Below, piece by piece: positions 16,569 to 19,361 of a DNA stretch of 19,361 bases. The notes beneath the pieces are model-generated. The model made no database searches and was not told where the DNA came from. It saw only the letters and a program-made list of their open reading frames with translations. Source of the stretch: Polyangiaceae bacterium (GTDB lineage: Bacteria; Myxococcota_A; Polyangia; Polyangiales; Polyangiaceae); the NCBI GenBank assembly GCA_044222475.1, contig JBGANF010000142.1:1-19361 (forward strand), written 5' to 3'. Within the stretch, counting starts at the first letter, position 1. Each line of letters begins with the position of its first letter. Both the position numbers and the translations under genes were made by a program.

Positions 16569-18586
16569 GCCTCGTGTGCGCCCACGTCGACCACGCTCCC
16601 GCGCAAGATCCCCCAACGATCGCGAAGGGCACTGCCGCCGCTCCCATCCTTGGGATACGCGAAGCCCTTGTCCACGACGCTCGCGCGTCCTCCGCCCGAG
16701 CTCCGGACCTTTGCTTCGTCTGCGCTCCACCCGAGCGACGGGGCCGAGAGATCACACGTTCCGGTCGCACCCGCGAACGGACACGCGGCGCTTTGGAACA
16801 GCGCGACGTTGGCGGTGGCGTTCGTCCAAGCACCGTCGGAAACGACGACTCCAGCGGACCTCGAGCCCTCGTAGAGAAGGTTCGAGAGGCATTGGTTCCG
16901 ACCGCTCAGGGTGACCGCCCCCGCCGCGCACCCGACATAGGTGCGCGCCGGCGTCGCGTCGCTGCCGAGGAGCGTGTTGCCGTACACGGCGCTCGGGCCA
17001 TTCGGCGTGCCGGCGAGGCTCGCCCACTGCACCATCCGCGTCGTGCACGCGCCGGCGGGGAGGCCGCGCAGATCGATGACGTTGTCTCGCACGCTGACGC
17101 GCTCGACGCCGTCGAGGCGGATGACCGACTGGAGGCAACGTGGCCGCGAGTTGCCGAACGAGAACGTGTTGCCGCGCACGATCCAGTCGCGTTTGGCTGC
17201 GCTGAGTCCTTGTTCGACTCCGTCATGCGAATTGAGCAGTCGCACGACCGAGCCGACCTCGGCGCTGTCGTCGAAGAAGTCGTTGTCCGCGACGACGACG
17301 TGCTGATCGTCGCGCGTACAGGCCGTGCCCTTGGCGCCCGCGCACGAGCGCCACTGCATCGTCGACGACACCGGGGTGAGGAAGCGAACCGCGTCGTGCT
17401 TGAACGCGCTCTCGGACTGTCCCATCCCGCGCCACCCGTTGTAGCCGGTGGTCGGGTTGGTCTTCGCCTCGAGGCGGTAGCCCTGCCAAGCGCCGTAGCG
17501 CACGCTCCACATCCCGAGCTGCCACACGCCGGGGGCGCCGTCGGTCTGCTCGCAGTACGAGTCGAAGACGCCCACGAGATCGATCCATGAGCTCGTCACG
17601 TAGAGCTGCGTCCACATCGGGCAGGTGCCGACGCTGCGAAACTCGCTCCGGTAGAGCAGCGCGCCGCCGGCGAACGGAGCGCTCCCACCGTGGAGACCCC
17701 ACACCGCGGGCTTGCCGTCTTGGTTGCTCGGGAGACCGCTCGCGTCGTAGCGAACGTCACGGACGCGCCACCCCTCCGTGTTGCCGCCGATGTGGAGATC
17801 GCCGTCGAAGTCGACGCGCACGATCGCCGGGCTCGCGTCGCACGCGCCGTATCCACCGACCAGGCTGCCATCCCCTGCGGCGTTCGCGATCATCGGGCTC
17901 TGCGCCGCGTGGAAGGTCTTGCCGCACTCGAAGAGCGTGCGCTTTCCTTTCGCGGTGAGGAGGCTCGCGGCGTAGTCGTCGCTCGTGATCTGTGCGGCAC
18001 CGGCCGGGCATCCGTTGAACGTTCCTCCCGTCACCGGGCGGACGCACCGGGTGTCCCCCGCAGGCCACGCTGCGTCTTCGCTGACGACGTCGACGGACTT
18101 GCTCACGGCGCGGGAGTGACCGGCGGCGTCGCGCACGGTGAGCTTCACCTCGTACGTGCACTTGGGCGCCGAGCAGGAGAAGACGTGTGCCGCGATCGGA
18201 TCGAGGTCCTCGTTGCGTGGAGTCTTCCGCCCGTAGGGCCAGGACCCGGATTGCGGGTCGCCGAAGTCCCACGCGTAGTCGAGGTCGTGGAAGGCATCGA
18301 CGTTGGGATCTCCGCTGGCGGTGCTCGTGGCGTCGAAGTTGCAGTACGCCGGAGAGGCGACGGCGGAGCCCTTGGTCTGGCAACGCACGACGAAGGACGG
18401 TGCGAGCGGTCCGGCGTCGGAATCGGCCGAGCCTCCGTCGGGGACCGCGCCGTCGCCTGGCGTGATCGCACCGTCTTCGGGGGGCGTTCCGCCGTCGCCG
18501 GGGGAAGTGCCTCCATCGCTGCATCCGACGGCGAGCAAGGCGGCGGTCGCGAGGGCGAGCAAGGCGAAGACGGACTCATTGCGCAT
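16559..18586 (-). CDS. Secreted lipoprotein with PKD domain and probable right-handed beta-helix region
   Basis: Lipobox LAVG-C, DGG-rich linker, PKD motif FDAT..DYAWDFGD..AAHVF..YEVKLTVRDAAG, repeats VVVADNDF / WIVRGNTF / VSVRDNVI / AVYGNTL, and C-terminal VVDKG..DRWG..R..DVGAHE. Confidence 0.8.
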   Translation of the reverse strand: MRNESVFALLALATAALLAVGCSDGGTSPGDGGTPPEDGAITPGDGAVPDGGSADSDAGPLAPSFVVRCQTKGSAVASPAYCNFDATSTASGDPNVDAFHDLDYAWDFGDPQSGSWPYGRKTPRNEDLDPIAAHVFSCSAPKCTYEVKLTVRDAAGHSRAVSKSVDVVSEDAAWPAGDTRCVRPVTGGTFNGCPAGAAQITSDDYAASLLTAKGKRTLFECGKTFHAAQSPMIANAAGDGSLVGGYGACDASPAIVRVDFDGDLHIGGNTEGWRVRDVRYDASGLPSNQDGKPAVWGLHGGSAPFAGGALLYRSEFRSVGTCPMWTQLYVTSSWIDLVGVFDSYCEQTDGAPGVWQLGMWSVRYGAWQGYRLEAKTNPTTGYNGWRGMGQSESAFKHDAVRFLTPVSSTMQWRSCAGAKGTACTRDDQHVVVADNDFFDDSAEVGSVVRLLNSHDGVEQGLSAAKRDWIVRGNTFSFGNSRPRCLQSVIRLDGVERVSVRDNVIDLRGLPAGACTTRMVQWASLAGTPNGPSAVYGNTLLGSDATPARTYVGCAAGAVTLSGRNQCLSNLLYEGSRSAGVVVSDGAWTNATANVALFQSAACPFAGATGTCDLSAPSLGWSADEAKVRSSGGGRASVVDKGFAYPKDGSGGSALRDRWGILRGSVVDVGAHEASP

Positions 18587-18670
18587 GCTCGTTCATGTCG
18601 TCACCGTGGGCGCCCTTCACGATTCCGGAAAGAATCCAAAGACGCGTGCGATCTCGGGTGTCTCCAGCTC

Positions 18671-19361
18671 ATGGCTCTCCGGACGGTCACCCGTGGCGCG
18701 GTCGTCCGGATGGGCGTCGTCTGCGGTCTCACGCTCGCCGTCGGCATCGTCGGATGGGCGTGGATGATCCGCATGCCGGGGGCGAGTCACCGCGGCTCGC
18801 TCCCGCCGGCCGACGCGGAGACGAAGGCGGTCGCCGCCCAATTGGATCTGGACCTCACGCATCTGGTCGACGCCATCGGCGAGCGCAACGTCGACCAGAA
18901 GCCGCTCGCACTGGCCCAGGCAGCCGACTGGATCGAGTCGTCGCTGCTGGCGGCGGGGTACGAGCCGACTCGGCAGACGTTCGAGGTTCGTCAGGTGCCG
19001 TGCTCGAACGTCGAGGTCGAGCTCCGCGGTGACACGCAGCCGTCGGCCATCGTGCTGATCGGCGCGCACTACGACAGCGCGCAGGGGACTCCGGGCGCGG
19101 ACGACAACGGCTCGGGCGTGGTCGCGCTGCTGGCGCTCGCGCGCCGCTTCGCGAGGACGACCCACCCCAAGACTCTGCGGTTCGTGTTCTTCGTGAACGA
19201 GGAGCCCCCGTTCTTCTGGGGGCCCGACATGGGGAGCGTGCGCTACGCGCGCCGGAGTCGCGAGCGGAACGAGGACGTTCGCGCGATGTTCGCGCTCGAG
19301 ACGTTGGGGCACTTCGACGACGCAGAAGGCTCGCAGCGGTACCCGTTTCCGATGAGCGCAT
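18671..19361 (+). CDS. M28 family metallopeptidase (3' end outside window; not in the ORF track)
   Basis: Hand translation from ATG 18671 gives MALRTVTRGAVVRMGVVCGLTLAVGIVGWAWMIRMPG..., then IGERN, VLIGAHYDS, PGADDNGSG, FVNEEPPFF, MGS and LETLG. The frame is open to the window end. Confidence 0.93.
   Translation, partial: MALRTVTRGAVVRMGVVCGLTLAVGIVGWAWMIRMPGASHRGSLPPADAETKAVAAQLDLDLTHLVDAIGERNVDQKPLALAQAADWIESSLLAAGYEPTRQTFEVRQVPCSNVEVELRGDTQPSAIVLIGAHYDSAQGTPGADDNGSGVVALLALARRFARTTHPKTLRFVFFVNEEPPFFWGPDMGSVRYARRSRERNEDVRAMFALETLGHFDDAEGSQRYPFPMSA

Noticed and set aside
18595..19312. Track ORFs 18595..19032 +, 18617..19312 - and 18855..19361 -
   Set aside because: They are alternate frames or the antisense of the M28 peptidase starting at 18671.

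Overview
GC-rich, gene-dense bacterial chromosomal window. The DWG-type Ser/Thr kinase and the lipoproteins with DGG/DAG linkers suggest Myxococcota (Polyangiales-like); this is inference. From left to right: the 3' part of a membrane Ser/Thr kinase (+), an S9 lipoprotein peptidase (+), a Gln-rich membrane protein (-), and a complete eight-gene MoxR/Bat-type operon on the - strand (moxR, DUF58, conserved membrane protein, batA, batB, batC-like, batD, batE-like; 13172 to 4145). Next come a 58-aa membrane protein absent from the ORF track (-), a probable beta-propeller lipoprotein (-), a LysR regulator (-) divergent from an MDR oxidoreductase (+), a PKD/beta-helix-like lipoprotein (-) and the 5' part of an M28 peptidase (+). 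I saw no CRISPR array, RNA gene, transposase or integrase. The main system is a known but poorly understood family (Bat), and I cannot support a claim of a wholly new system. The most notable signals are: (i) a TA-starting -10-like hexamer 6-7 nt before five start codons, suggesting leaderless mRNAs; (ii) a REP-like perfect palindrome inside the Bat operon; (iii) the hidden small ORF upstream of moxR; (iv) an apparent antisense gene remnant under the oxidoreductase C-terminal tail.
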